A stretch of DNA of 64,000 nucleotides, taken from positions 21,708-85,707 of the forward strand of contig JAVJVP010000017.1 in the NCBI GenBank assembly GCA_040221095.1, given 5' to 3'. Source of the DNA: Rhodospirillales bacterium (GTDB lineage: Bacteria > Pseudomonadota > Alphaproteobacteria > Rhodospirillales > Casp-alpha2). Below are positions 48,669 through 57,035 of the stretch, one piece after another; positions within the stretch are counted from its first letter, which is position 1; every line of letters starts with the position of its first letter. The position numbers and the translations under genes were made by a program. Below the pieces are notes generated by a model. It saw only the letters and a program-made list of their open reading frames with translations. It did not search any database and was not told the origin of the DNA.

Positions 48669-49469
48669 ATGCGTTTGACCGAAGACGAACTGAAACGCTT
48701 CGACGAGGACGGCTACCTGTTCTTTCCCGGAAAGTTCACGCCGGAGGAAGCGGCCTGCCTGAAGGCCGAGGCCGAGGCCGTTTATGCCCTGGACCGGGAA
48801 GAGGTCTGGCGCGAGTCCAACGGCGTCGCCCGCACGGCCTTCGCCGCGCACAAGTACAACGAGGCGTTCCGCCGCCTTGGCGCCCATCCGCGCATGATCG
48901 AGCCGGTGACGCAAACTTTGGGCGGGCCCGTCTACATGCACCAGTACAAGGTCAACGCCAAGGCCGCCTTCGACGGCGCCGTCTGGCAGTGGCATCAGGA
49001 TTACGGCACCTGGAAACGCGACGACGAGATGCCCGAACCCCGGGCCATGAACATCGCCGTGTTCCTGGACGACGTGACGGCGGCCAACGGCCCATTGCTG
49101 TTCATTCCCGGCAGCCACAAGCAGGGCGTGGTCGACGCCGGTCACGACCTCGAGACGACCAGCTATCCCCTGTGGACCCTGGACCGGGACAAGGTGTCGG
49201 AACTGGCGGAACGCGGCGGCTGCGTCGCACCGACCGGCCCGGCCGGCAGCATGCTGATGTTCTCGTCGCTGCTGGTGCATGCCAGCCCGCCCAACATCTC
49301 GCCGTTCGGGCGGACGATTGTTTATCTGTCGCTGTGCCATGTCGACAACCACATCCGCGCCTTCAACCGGGCGGAGTGGATCGCGCACCGCGACTTCACC
49401 CCCATCGAAGCCTTGAGCGACGATTGTCTCGACGAACTGGTCGCCAAGCGCCAGCAAGCAGCGGAGTAA
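48669..49469 (+). CDS. PhyH-family Fe(II)/2OG dioxygenase, ectoine-hydroxylase-like
   Basis: WQWHQDYGTWKRDDEMPEP is related to, but deviates from, the EctD signature as I recall it (F-x-WHSDFETWH-x-EDG[ML]P). LLFIPGSHK and LLVHASPPN are also present. Confidence 0.85.
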   Translation: MRLTEDELKRFDEDGYLFFPGKFTPEEAACLKAEAEAVYALDREEVWRESNGVARTAFAAHKYNEAFRRLGAHPRMIEPVTQTLGGPVYMHQYKVNAKAAFDGAVWQWHQDYGTWKRDDEMPEPRAMNIAVFLDDVTAANGPLLFIPGSHKQGVVDAGHDLETTSYPLWTLDRDKVSELAERGGCVAPTGPAGSMLMFSSLLVHASPPNISPFGRTIVYLSLCHVDNHIRAFNRAEWIAHRDFTPIEALSDDCLDELVAKRQQAAE

Positions 49470-49475
49470 TCAACT

Positions 49476-50798
49476 TTGTATATCTATCAAGAACTCGCGG
49501 CCCGCGCCGCGGAGGGTAAACCCGTTCGTGTCGGCCTGATCGGGGCCGGTAAATTCGGCTCCATGTTCCTGTCGCAGGTGCCGACGACGCCGGGCCTGGA
49601 GGTCGCCGTGATCGCCGACCTGAACCCGAACGGCGCCAAGAAGGCCTGCCGCAATGTCGGCTGGACGGACGAGCTGGTCGCCCGGACCAAGTTCGTCGAC
49701 GACGCCATGGCCATGATGCAGGCCGGCGGCGTGGACGTGGTCGTCGAGGCCACGGGCAATCCGGTGGTCGGCCTGGTCCATGCACGGGAAGCCATCCGCA
49801 ACGGCATCCATATCGTCATGGTCAACGTCGAGGCTGACGTGCTTGCCGGCGGTCTGCTGGCCGAGGAGGCCCGCAAGGCGGGCGTCGTCTATTCCATGGC
49901 CTATGGCGACCAGCCGGCCCTGACCTGTGAATTGGTCGAATGGGCGCGCGCCACGGGCTTCGAGGTCATCGCCGCGGGCAAGGGCACCAAGTACCTTCCG
50001 GCCTATCACGCCTCGACCCCGGATACGGTCTGGGACCATTACGGCCTGACCCCGGAACAGGCCGCCGCCGCCGGCATGAACAGCCAGATGTTCAACAGCT
50101 TCCTCGACGGCACCAAGTCGGCCCTGGAAATGGCGGCCATCGCCAACGGCACGGGCCTGACCCCGCCGTCGGGCGGCCTGAACTTCCCGGCCGCCGGCAT
50201 GGACGATCTTGCCCATGTCCTGCGCCCCGTCGCCGACGGCGGGATGCTGGAACACAAGGGCCAGGTCGAAGTCGTCTCGTCCCTGGAGCGCGACGGCCGC
50301 CCGGTGTTCAAGGACCTGCGCTGGGGCGTCTATGTGGTCATCGAGGCCCCCAACGATTACGCCGCCGCCTGTTTCCGCCAGTACGGCATGAACACGGATG
50401 CCTCCGGGCGCTATTCCGCCATGTTCAAGCCGTTCCACCTGATCGGCCTGGAATTGAACATCTCGATCCTGTCGGCGGCGCTGCTGAACAAGCCGACGGG
50501 GACGACCCTGGGCTTCCGCGGCGACGTGGTGGCGACAGCCAAGCGCGACCTGAAGGCGGGCGAAATGCTCGACGGCGAGGGCGGGTTCACCGTCTGGGGC
50601 AAGTTGTACCCCGCGGAAAAGTCGCTGGAGTTGGGCGGCCTGCCCATCGGTCTGGCCCATAAGGTCAAGCTGAAAGCCGACATTCCCGCCAACCGGCCCG
50701 TGCGCTGGCAGGATGTCGAGGTCGATGCGACCATGGATGCGGTCAATATCCGCCGGGAAATGGAAGCCCGCTTCCGCCTGCCGGCGGCCGCCGAATAG
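49476..50798 (+). CDS. NAD(P)-binding oxidoreductase with C-terminal SAF domain (COG4091-like, homoserine dehydrogenase-related)
   Basis: VRVGLIGAGKFGSMF Rossmann fold, then a C-terminal SAF-like block AKRDLKAGEMLDGEGG. TTG start with gcggag upstream. Confidence 0.7.
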   Translation: MYIYQELAARAAEGKPVRVGLIGAGKFGSMFLSQVPTTPGLEVAVIADLNPNGAKKACRNVGWTDELVARTKFVDDAMAMMQAGGVDVVVEATGNPVVGLVHAREAIRNGIHIVMVNVEADVLAGGLLAEEARKAGVVYSMAYGDQPALTCELVEWARATGFEVIAAGKGTKYLPAYHASTPDTVWDHYGLTPEQAAAAGMNSQMFNSFLDGTKSALEMAAIANGTGLTPPSGGLNFPAAGMDDLAHVLRPVADGGMLEHKGQVEVVSSLERDGRPVFKDLRWGVYVVIEAPNDYAAACFRQYGMNTDASGRYSAMFKPFHLIGLELNISILSAALLNKPTGTTLGFRGDVVATAKRDLKAGEMLDGEGGFTVWGKLYPAEKSLELGGLPIGLAHKVKLKADIPANRPVRWQDVEVDATMDAVNIRREMEARFRLPAAAE

Positions 50799-50822
50799 GC
50801 CGTCGGCTCCGCCGGACGCCGC

Positions 50823-51344
50823 TTAGAACAGCGGCGGGTCGGCGGGCAGCGACTTTTGCAGTTCCGTCAGCCGTTCGACGACGACGACCAGTTTGTCGAC
50901 GCCGCCGGACGGCGACGCGAGCGGCAGGATCAGCCGCTCGTGCGTGCCCGATGCGTCATAGGCGTCGAAATTCCGCTGCATCAGGGCGGGCCGACCGGTC
51001 TTGACGCAGTGGTCGTAGGCCTCTTTGACTTCCCGGAAATCATATTGGTGGCGGGCTTCGTAATAGGTCAGGCCCGTATGGTCGGGGACCGCCAGTTTCC
51101 AGCGGTATTGGACGATGGTGGTGCCGACGTAGCGATAGCGGAAGTCGATGTCGTCGGGCCGCGGCAGCGCGTCGAGTACCAGGATGATCGGGGCGTCCTG
51201 AAAAATATCGATCAGGTTGAAGGCTTCCCAGATCGGGGCGGTTTCGCTGTCCGCGCGGGCACGCCAATAGTCCCAGACCCGGCGTGTGCGGGTGCCGGTC
51301 AGGCGGCTTTCGATATCGTCGATGATCGTCCCCCAGGTCTTCAT
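50823..51344 (-). CDS. DUF1457 / PAS_5-type PAS domain protein
   Basis: 173 aa. Pattern IDFRYRYVGTTIV...ERLILPLAS is typical of the alphaproteobacterial stand-alone PAS family. The track ORF is a long spurious extension. Confidence 0.6.
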   Translation of the reverse strand: MKTWGTIIDDIESRLTGTRTRRVWDYWRARADSETAPIWEAFNLIDIFQDAPIILVLDALPRPDDIDFRYRYVGTTIVQYRWKLAVPDHTGLTYYEARHQYDFREVKEAYDHCVKTGRPALMQRNFDAYDASGTHERLILPLASPSGGVDKLVVVVERLTELQKSLPADPPLF

Positions 51345-51482
51345 GCTCCTGCCCTCATACGGGCTCGTCCCGCCGAGGGTAACCTGGACGTAAGTTCTAT
51401 ACCTACTCGCGCGGATAGCGCGGTTCTGGCGCCGTGCCACTGATCCGTTGCCGGGGCGGGGGTGCCATGCCATAAGCGGGCG

Positions 51483-52493
51483 ATGTCCGAAACGGAACAA
51501 ACCGCGCAAGCTTCCCGTGTCTGGGTTCTGGCCGACGACCGGCCCGGCAACCGCAGCCAATGCCTGGGCGTAGCCCGGGTCCTGGGCCTGCCGTTCGCCC
51601 GGAAGGACATCGAATACGGCCCCCTGGTGCGTCTGCATAACGCGGTGCTGGGCGCGTCCTTCGCCGCCATCACGGCGCCATCGCGGGCCTTGTTGACGCC
51701 GCCCTGGCCGGATTTGGTGATCGGCGCCGGGCGGCGTTCGGCCTCCGCCGCGCGCAGGATCAAGAAACTGTCCGGCGGCCGCACCAAGCTGGTCCACGTC
51801 ATGCATCCGGGCGCGGGGGCGGGGGATTTCGATCTGATTGCCCAGCCCGCCCACGACGACCGGCCGGAACTTGCCAACACCTTGACCATTCCCGCCGCCG
51901 CCCATGGCGTGACGGCGGACGTTCTGGCCGAAGCCAGGACGGAATGGCAGGAGACTTTTGCCCATCTGCCGCGCCCGCTGATCGCCCTCATGATCGGCGG
52001 CAGCACCCGGCGGCGCGAGTTCGGCCCCGACATGGCGGCCGAGGTCGCGGGATGGGCCGCCAAGCTGGCCCGCGAACAGGGCGGCTCCCTGCTGGTCTCG
52101 ACCAGCCGACGGGTCGAGGAATCGGAAGACCCAGGGACCATGCCGGCGCTGCTCGCCGCCTTTGCCGACGTGCCGCACCATCTGTACCGCTGGGGCGATC
52201 CGGCCGGGAATCCCTACATGGGCTATCTCGCCCATGCCGACGCCGTGGTGGTGACGGGGGATTCCGTGTCCATGTCGACGGAAGCCTGCGCCCGGCCCGG
52301 CCCGGTCTATCTCTACGCGCCGCCGCCCCTGATCACGCCCAAGCACAAGCGCTTTCACGATTACCTGTTCGGCGAAGGCTATGCCCGGCCGCTGACGGCG
52401 GCGACGGTTTGGCAGGACTGGACCCACGCGCCCCTCAACCCGGCGGAAGACATCGCCCGCGCCATCCGCGAGCGCCTGCACATCGGCGTCTGA
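51483..52493 (+). CDS. ELM1 / DUF1022-family protein (glycosyltransferase-like fold)
   Basis: RVWVLADDRPGNRSQCLGVARVLGLPF and LIALMIGGSTRR match the family N-terminal and central blocks. Confidence 0.75.
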   Translation: MSETEQTAQASRVWVLADDRPGNRSQCLGVARVLGLPFARKDIEYGPLVRLHNAVLGASFAAITAPSRALLTPPWPDLVIGAGRRSASAARRIKKLSGGRTKLVHVMHPGAGAGDFDLIAQPAHDDRPELANTLTIPAAAHGVTADVLAEARTEWQETFAHLPRPLIALMIGGSTRRREFGPDMAAEVAGWAAKLAREQGGSLLVSTSRRVEESEDPGTMPALLAAFADVPHHLYRWGDPAGNPYMGYLAHADAVVVTGDSVSMSTEACARPGPVYLYAPPPLITPKHKRFHDYLFGEGYARPLTAATVWQDWTHAPLNPAEDIARAIRERLHIGV

Positions 52494-52570
52494 ACGCGGC
52501 CGCCGTTGCGTCGGCGGACCGTTGCGTTACGATGCAGCGGGGGCGATCAGCAGGGGACGGAAACAGACTA

Positions 52571-53569
52571 ATGGCCAACGATCTTCTTTTCGGGATTCAG
52601 ACCAACGGCATCAAGCATGCCCATGCGGACCCCATGCCGGATGTCGATACGCGCTTCCGCATGGTGCGCGACGCGGGCGTGTTCGACTACATCGACAAGA
52701 CCCCGGACCCGGATCAGATCGACGATTTCGAACGCGCGCGGGACAAGTACGGCCTGCCGGTGCGGGCGGGCGGCTGGTTCTACGTCCTGGGTCAGGACGA
52801 GGCCCTGTTGGAAAAGAATCTGGAGACGGGCCGACGGCTCGGCTCTCTGGTTCACAACACGCAGATCAAGCTCCGCCACGCCCAGGGCCATGTGGTTACG
52901 GATGAGGAAGTCCTGAACGCCTATCTATGGGCGGCGGAGGTGGGCGAAAAGTACGGCGTCACGCCCTGCTTCGAGGTCCACGTCAACATGTGGTCGGAAG
53001 ACTTCGCCCGCGTCGCCCGGGTCGGCCGCATGGTCGAGGCGCGGGGGGTGGAGTTCAACATCACCCTCGACCACAGCCATGTCATCTTCAAGATCGACAA
53101 TCCCAAGGAACAGAAGATCTTCGACACGGCGGGGCAGATCGCGGCGGGCGAGGTGATCCTCGACCCCTATACCCCCGGCAACGTGGTCGAACAGTGGATC
53201 GAGGCCGGCTGGGTCCGCCATTGCCATGCCCGCGCCGCCATCCCCAACAACCCGGTCAACGCAACGGGCCGCCATCCCGACGGCAGCGTCGGGCGCGGCA
53301 TCCAGTATCCCTTCGTGCAGCCGGGGCCGGGGGACTACCATGCCGACTGGGACGGGGCGCTGCTGGAGCCCTGGAAGGAATGCCTGCGCATGCTGATGCG
53401 CCATCATGCGGCCGACCCCACGGGCAAGCTGGGCCAGATTTCGACCGAGTTCATCCCCGGCACGGATTACGGCGAGGGCTGCAAATATTCCCTGTTCGAC
53501 CAGGCCGTCGCCTGCGTCGAATGGATGCGCGAAACCTGGGAAGACATCCGCCGCGAGGCGGCGGCCTAG
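52571..53569 (+). CDS. Xylose isomerase-like TIM-barrel (sugar phosphate isomerase/epimerase family) protein
   Basis: 332 aa with alternating beta/alpha pattern. FEVHVNMWSEDF and ITLDHSHV metal-ligand-type blocks. Assignment is at fold level only. Confidence 0.65.
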   Translation: MANDLLFGIQTNGIKHAHADPMPDVDTRFRMVRDAGVFDYIDKTPDPDQIDDFERARDKYGLPVRAGGWFYVLGQDEALLEKNLETGRRLGSLVHNTQIKLRHAQGHVVTDEEVLNAYLWAAEVGEKYGVTPCFEVHVNMWSEDFARVARVGRMVEARGVEFNITLDHSHVIFKIDNPKEQKIFDTAGQIAAGEVILDPYTPGNVVEQWIEAGWVRHCHARAAIPNNPVNATGRHPDGSVGRGIQYPFVQPGPGDYHADWDGALLEPWKECLRMLMRHHAADPTGKLGQISTEFIPGTDYGEGCKYSLFDQAVACVEWMRETWEDIRREAAA

Positions 53570-53584
53570 GCAAGCAAGGCGGGA

Positions 53585-53983
53585 TCAGCGCGGGCGGTGC
53601 TGCGTGTCGGCGCCGGCGGTGATGAACAGCGCCGTCGCTTCGCTCTCGGCGTCCGCCGTATGCCAAACCCCCGGGGGATTGATCGCATACTGGCCCGCCG
53701 ACAGGACGACCGTCTCGACGCGGCCGTCCGGTTGTTCCTGGTGTAGGGTGAGGGTGCCCGCGATGCAGAAGACGACCTCTGCGCCCATCGGGTGCATTTC
53801 CCACATATCCCAGGGACGATCGAAGGAAAACAGACTGACAAGGCGCCCTTCGGCCCCGTCGCCGGCGTGGCGGGCCGCATAGTCGGCGTACCAATCCAGG
53901 GCGCCGGTGAATTCCGGTTCAATGACCGCCGTCGCCCCCAGGCCAAGATGAATGGGGTGGGATTTCAGGTTGGTTCCGGTCAT
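53585..53983 (-). CDS. Cupin-domain protein
   Basis: WEMHPMGAEVVFCIAGTL...INPPGVWHTA, a two-motif cupin pattern. Confidence 0.7.
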   Translation of the reverse strand: MTGTNLKSHPIHLGLGATAVIEPEFTGALDWYADYAARHAGDGAEGRLVSLFSFDRPWDMWEMHPMGAEVVFCIAGTLTLHQEQPDGRVETVVLSAGQYAINPPGVWHTADAESEATALFITAGADTQHRPR

Positions 53984-54008
53984 GTCGGCCTCCGGTAATG
54001 GGAAAAGG

Positions 54009-54857
54009 TTACTCCGGCCAGGCTTTGACCTCGGTCTTCTGCTCACCCAGACCCTCGATGCCGACGCGCATGACGTCGCCGGCCTTCAGGAACCGGGGCG
54101 GCTTCATGCCGAGACCGACGCCCGGCGGCGTGCCCGTGGCGATGATGTCGCCGGGCATCAGGGTCATGTACTGGCTGACCACGGAGACCAGGTTGAAGAC
54201 GTTGAACACCATGGTCTTGGTGTTGCCGTCCTGCATCATCTGGCCCGAGACCTCGCACCAGATGCGCAGGTTCTGCGGGTCCGGCACCTCGTCGGGGGTG
54301 ACCAGCCAGGGGCCGAAGGGGGCGAAGGTGTCGAAGCTTTTGCCCTTCACCCACTGGCCCGTGGTTTCCAGTTGAAAGGCGCGTTCCGAGACGTCGTTCA
54401 TGACCGCGTAGCCGGCGATGTAATCGGCGGCGTCCGCTTCCTCGACATATTGCGCGCGCTTGCCGATGACGACGGCCAACTCGGCCTCCCAGTCGCCCTT
54501 CTGCGATCCCTTGGGCAGGACCACCGGATCGGTCGGGCCGGACAGGGAGGTGATCGCCTTGGTGAAGATGATGGGTTCTTCCGGCAGGGCCATGCCGGCC
54601 TCCGCCGCGTGGTCGGCGTAATTCAGGCCGATGGCGACGATCTTGCCGACGCCGGCGACGGGGGCTGCCAATCGCGGTGATCCGCCGACGGCGGGAAATT
54701 CTTCCGGATCCATGCCGCTGAGGCGGGCCAGGCGGTCGCTGACGAGCGTTTCCGGCGTGATGTCGGGAAGACGGTCGGACAGGTCGCGGATGCGCCCGGC
54801 GGCATCCAGCAGGCCGGGGCGTTCTTCACCCTTGGGGCCATAGCGCAGCAGTTTCAT
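54009..54857 (-). CDS. Fumarylacetoacetate hydrolase-family protein
   Basis: GKIVAIGLNYADHAAE, DWEAELAVVIGK, GDIIATGTPPGVG. Confidence 0.9.
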   Translation of the reverse strand: MKLLRYGPKGEERPGLLDAAGRIRDLSDRLPDITPETLVSDRLARLSGMDPEEFPAVGGSPRLAAPVAGVGKIVAIGLNYADHAAEAGMALPEEPIIFTKAITSLSGPTDPVVLPKGSQKGDWEAELAVVIGKRAQYVEEADAADYIAGYAVMNDVSERAFQLETTGQWVKGKSFDTFAPFGPWLVTPDEVPDPQNLRIWCEVSGQMMQDGNTKTMVFNVFNLVSVVSQYMTLMPGDIIATGTPPGVGLGMKPPRFLKAGDVMRVGIEGLGEQKTEVKAWPE

Positions 54858-55054
54858 GGACGGGACTCCCGGATGGATTGTCGGTGATGTTGACCGGTTG
54901 AGGCACCGGTGGCCGCATTAGGCTTCGCAGCGCCTGGAAGGTCAAGGCCGTTACCTGGAATTTTATGAAAGTTTTATACAATATTGAAAACACTTAATAT
55001 TTTTGTTCAGATTAGGGGGTGGGCGTAAACTGTGCCGGAAAGGGAAATCCCGCC

Positions 55055-55675
55055 ATGGTGTTCCGTCGACCCGGCTTTTTGTCCCTCGGGCGCCCGGCGC
55101 TGGTTGAAAATCAGCAGGGCTCATCCCTGGTCGAATTCGCCTTCGCTGCCCCCCTGGTCGTGCTGATGATCGTCGCCACCATCGAGTTCGGCATGATCAT
55201 GTTCGTCGCGACCCTCATGGAAAGCGCGCTGCGCGACGCCGCCCGGTTCGGCATCACCGGCCAAGAGCCGGACGGCGCCACGCGTCTGGAGAGGATCATC
55301 GCCATCGTCGAGGACCGCACCATCGGCCTGATCGACATGGCTGACGCCAGGGTCGAGGTCCGGGTCTATCCCACTTTCGGCGATGTCGGGCGGGGCGAGT
55401 CCTTCGTCGACGGCAACGGCAACGGCGCTTACGATCCGGGCGAAACCTTCACGGACGAGAACGGCAACGGCGCCCATGACGCCGATGTCGGCGAAGCCGG
55501 TGCCGGCGAGGCCGGGTCCATCGTCGCTTACCGCATGGAATACGCCTGGCCGCTGCGCACGCCGTTGGCGGGACCCTTGATCGGCGAGGACGGCAAGTTC
55601 GTCCTGAAATCGGCCATCGCCGTGCGTAACGAGCCCTACGACCAGGCCATCGGCGCGCCGGCGCCGGGCGGGTGA
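55055..55675 (+). CDS. TadE/TadG-like pilus-assembly pseudopilin
   Basis: QQGSSLVEFAFAAPLVVLMIVATIEFG is the TadE N-terminal signature. Contains DGNGNGAYDPGE and DENGNGAHDADVGE loops. Confidence 0.75.
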   Translation: MVFRRPGFLSLGRPALVENQQGSSLVEFAFAAPLVVLMIVATIEFGMIMFVATLMESALRDAARFGITGQEPDGATRLERIIAIVEDRTIGLIDMADARVEVRVYPTFGDVGRGESFVDGNGNGAYDPGETFTDENGNGAHDADVGEAGAGEAGSIVAYRMEYAWPLRTPLAGPLIGEDGKFVLKSAIAVRNEPYDQAIGAPAPGG

Positions 55676-55683
55676 GGGGGGGC

Positions 55684-56241
55684 ATGGGCATGATCCGCAC
55701 ATTCCTGGACCGGTTCCGGCGCGACGGGCGGGGCACCATCTCCGTCGAACTGGCGTTCGCCGCGACCGTGCTGACGGGTCTTTTGATGTCGGGGGTCGAG
55801 GTCACGCGCTATGTCCTGATCAACCAGAAGCTGGAACGCACGGCGGCGACCATGGGCGATCTGATCTCGCGCATGCCGGAACTGACGGAGGGCGACATCA
55901 CCTCGTTCTTCGCCGCCTCGGACCAGGTCATGACGCCCTATGACGTGCAACTCGACGGCCGGGTCATCATTTCCTCCATCGCGCGGGACGGCGGCGCCCC
56001 GGAAATCATCTGGCAGCGGACCTATGGCCTGGCGCCGGCGGCAAGCCGGTTCGGCACTGTGGGCGATCCGGCTGTTCTGCCCGTGGGGTTCGAGGTCCGC
56101 GACAGCGAGAACGTCATCACCGCCGAGGTGTTCTACGATTTCGCGCCGATCATGATGACCGCCGTGCTGGAGACCGGGCAACTGTATTCCAGCGCCGTGT
56201 TTCGCCCGCGCTTCGGGTCGCTGACCACTGTCAACCCCTGA
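55684..56241 (+). CDS. TadE-like protein
   Basis: RGTISVELAFAATVLTGLLMSGVEVTRY. Start is ambiguous (GTG 55672, ATG 55684 or ATG 55690). Confidence 0.7.
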   Translation: MGMIRTFLDRFRRDGRGTISVELAFAATVLTGLLMSGVEVTRYVLINQKLERTAATMGDLISRMPELTEGDITSFFAASDQVMTPYDVQLDGRVIISSIARDGGAPEIIWQRTYGLAPAASRFGTVGDPAVLPVGFEVRDSENVITAEVFYDFAPIMMTAVLETGQLYSSAVFRPRFGSLTTVNP

Positions 56242-56306
56242 CCCGGGCGGCCCGTCAACCAATTCGTGATTTGGGCGGACTGGGGGTGGTGGGGGATAGT
56301 GCCCCC

Positions 56307-57011
56307 ATGAAACGCTTTTTCATTTCGTGTCTCGGATTCTGTCTGGCAACCGGAATCGCGTCCATGGCCATTGCGGGGAGTGGCGCCCTGTCGGCGGACC
56401 TGACCGCGCGGGCGTGGGAGCAGATGTCCTTCGACGGCAAGCCGGCCAACCGCTACAGCGCCTGCGGCGACGATTGCGTCGCGGTCGCGACGGACGCCAG
56501 CGTATCCCTGATCGGGCGGCCCGTGGCGGTGGATCTGGCGCAAACGCCGGTGCTGACCTGGGAATGGAAGGTCGACCTGCCCGTTGCCGCGACGGACCTC
56601 GCCGTGAAGGGGCGGGACGACCGGGCCCTGGCGCTTTACGTGACCTTTCCCTACGACCCGGCGACGGCCACGTTTTCCGAATCCCTGCTGCGTCCCCTGG
56701 TCGAACTGGCGCGGGGCACGGACGCACCGGCGCGCACCCTGTCCTATGTCTGGAGCGGTGACGCCACCACGCCCGGCGCGGTCGTCGCCAGCCCCTATTT
56801 CGGCGACGTCAACGTGATGATCGTGGCGCGCACCGGTGATGCCCCCCTGGGGGCATGGCTGCGGGAGACGGTCGATGTGGCGGCGGATCACCAACGGGTG
56901 TTCGGCCGCCGACCGTTGCGCGTGGCGCATGTGCTGATCGGCGCCGACAGCGACGATACGGGCAGCCGCAACCGGGGGTTCGTGCGCGGCATATCCTTCC
57001 AGGCGCGCTAG
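56307..57011 (+). CDS. DUF3047-family secreted protein
   Basis: Signal MKRFFISCLGFCLATGIASMAIA. TWEWKV...DDRALALYVTF...LSYVWS blocks. Confidence 0.7.
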   Translation: MKRFFISCLGFCLATGIASMAIAGSGALSADLTARAWEQMSFDGKPANRYSACGDDCVAVATDASVSLIGRPVAVDLAQTPVLTWEWKVDLPVAATDLAVKGRDDRALALYVTFPYDPATATFSESLLRPLVELARGTDAPARTLSYVWSGDATTPGAVVASPYFGDVNVMIVARTGDAPLGAWLRETVDVAADHQRVFGRRPLRVAHVLIGADSDDTGSRNRGFVRGISFQAR

Positions 57012-57035
57012 CCGACGGAAGGTGACGGCAGGGCG

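Noticed and set aside
50823-52481. 552-aa track ORF on the minus strand
   Set aside because: Only the last 173 codons (50823..51344) look like a real protein (DUF1457/PAS). The upstream part overlaps the well-supported plus-strand ELM1-like gene and is Arg/Gly-rich filler.
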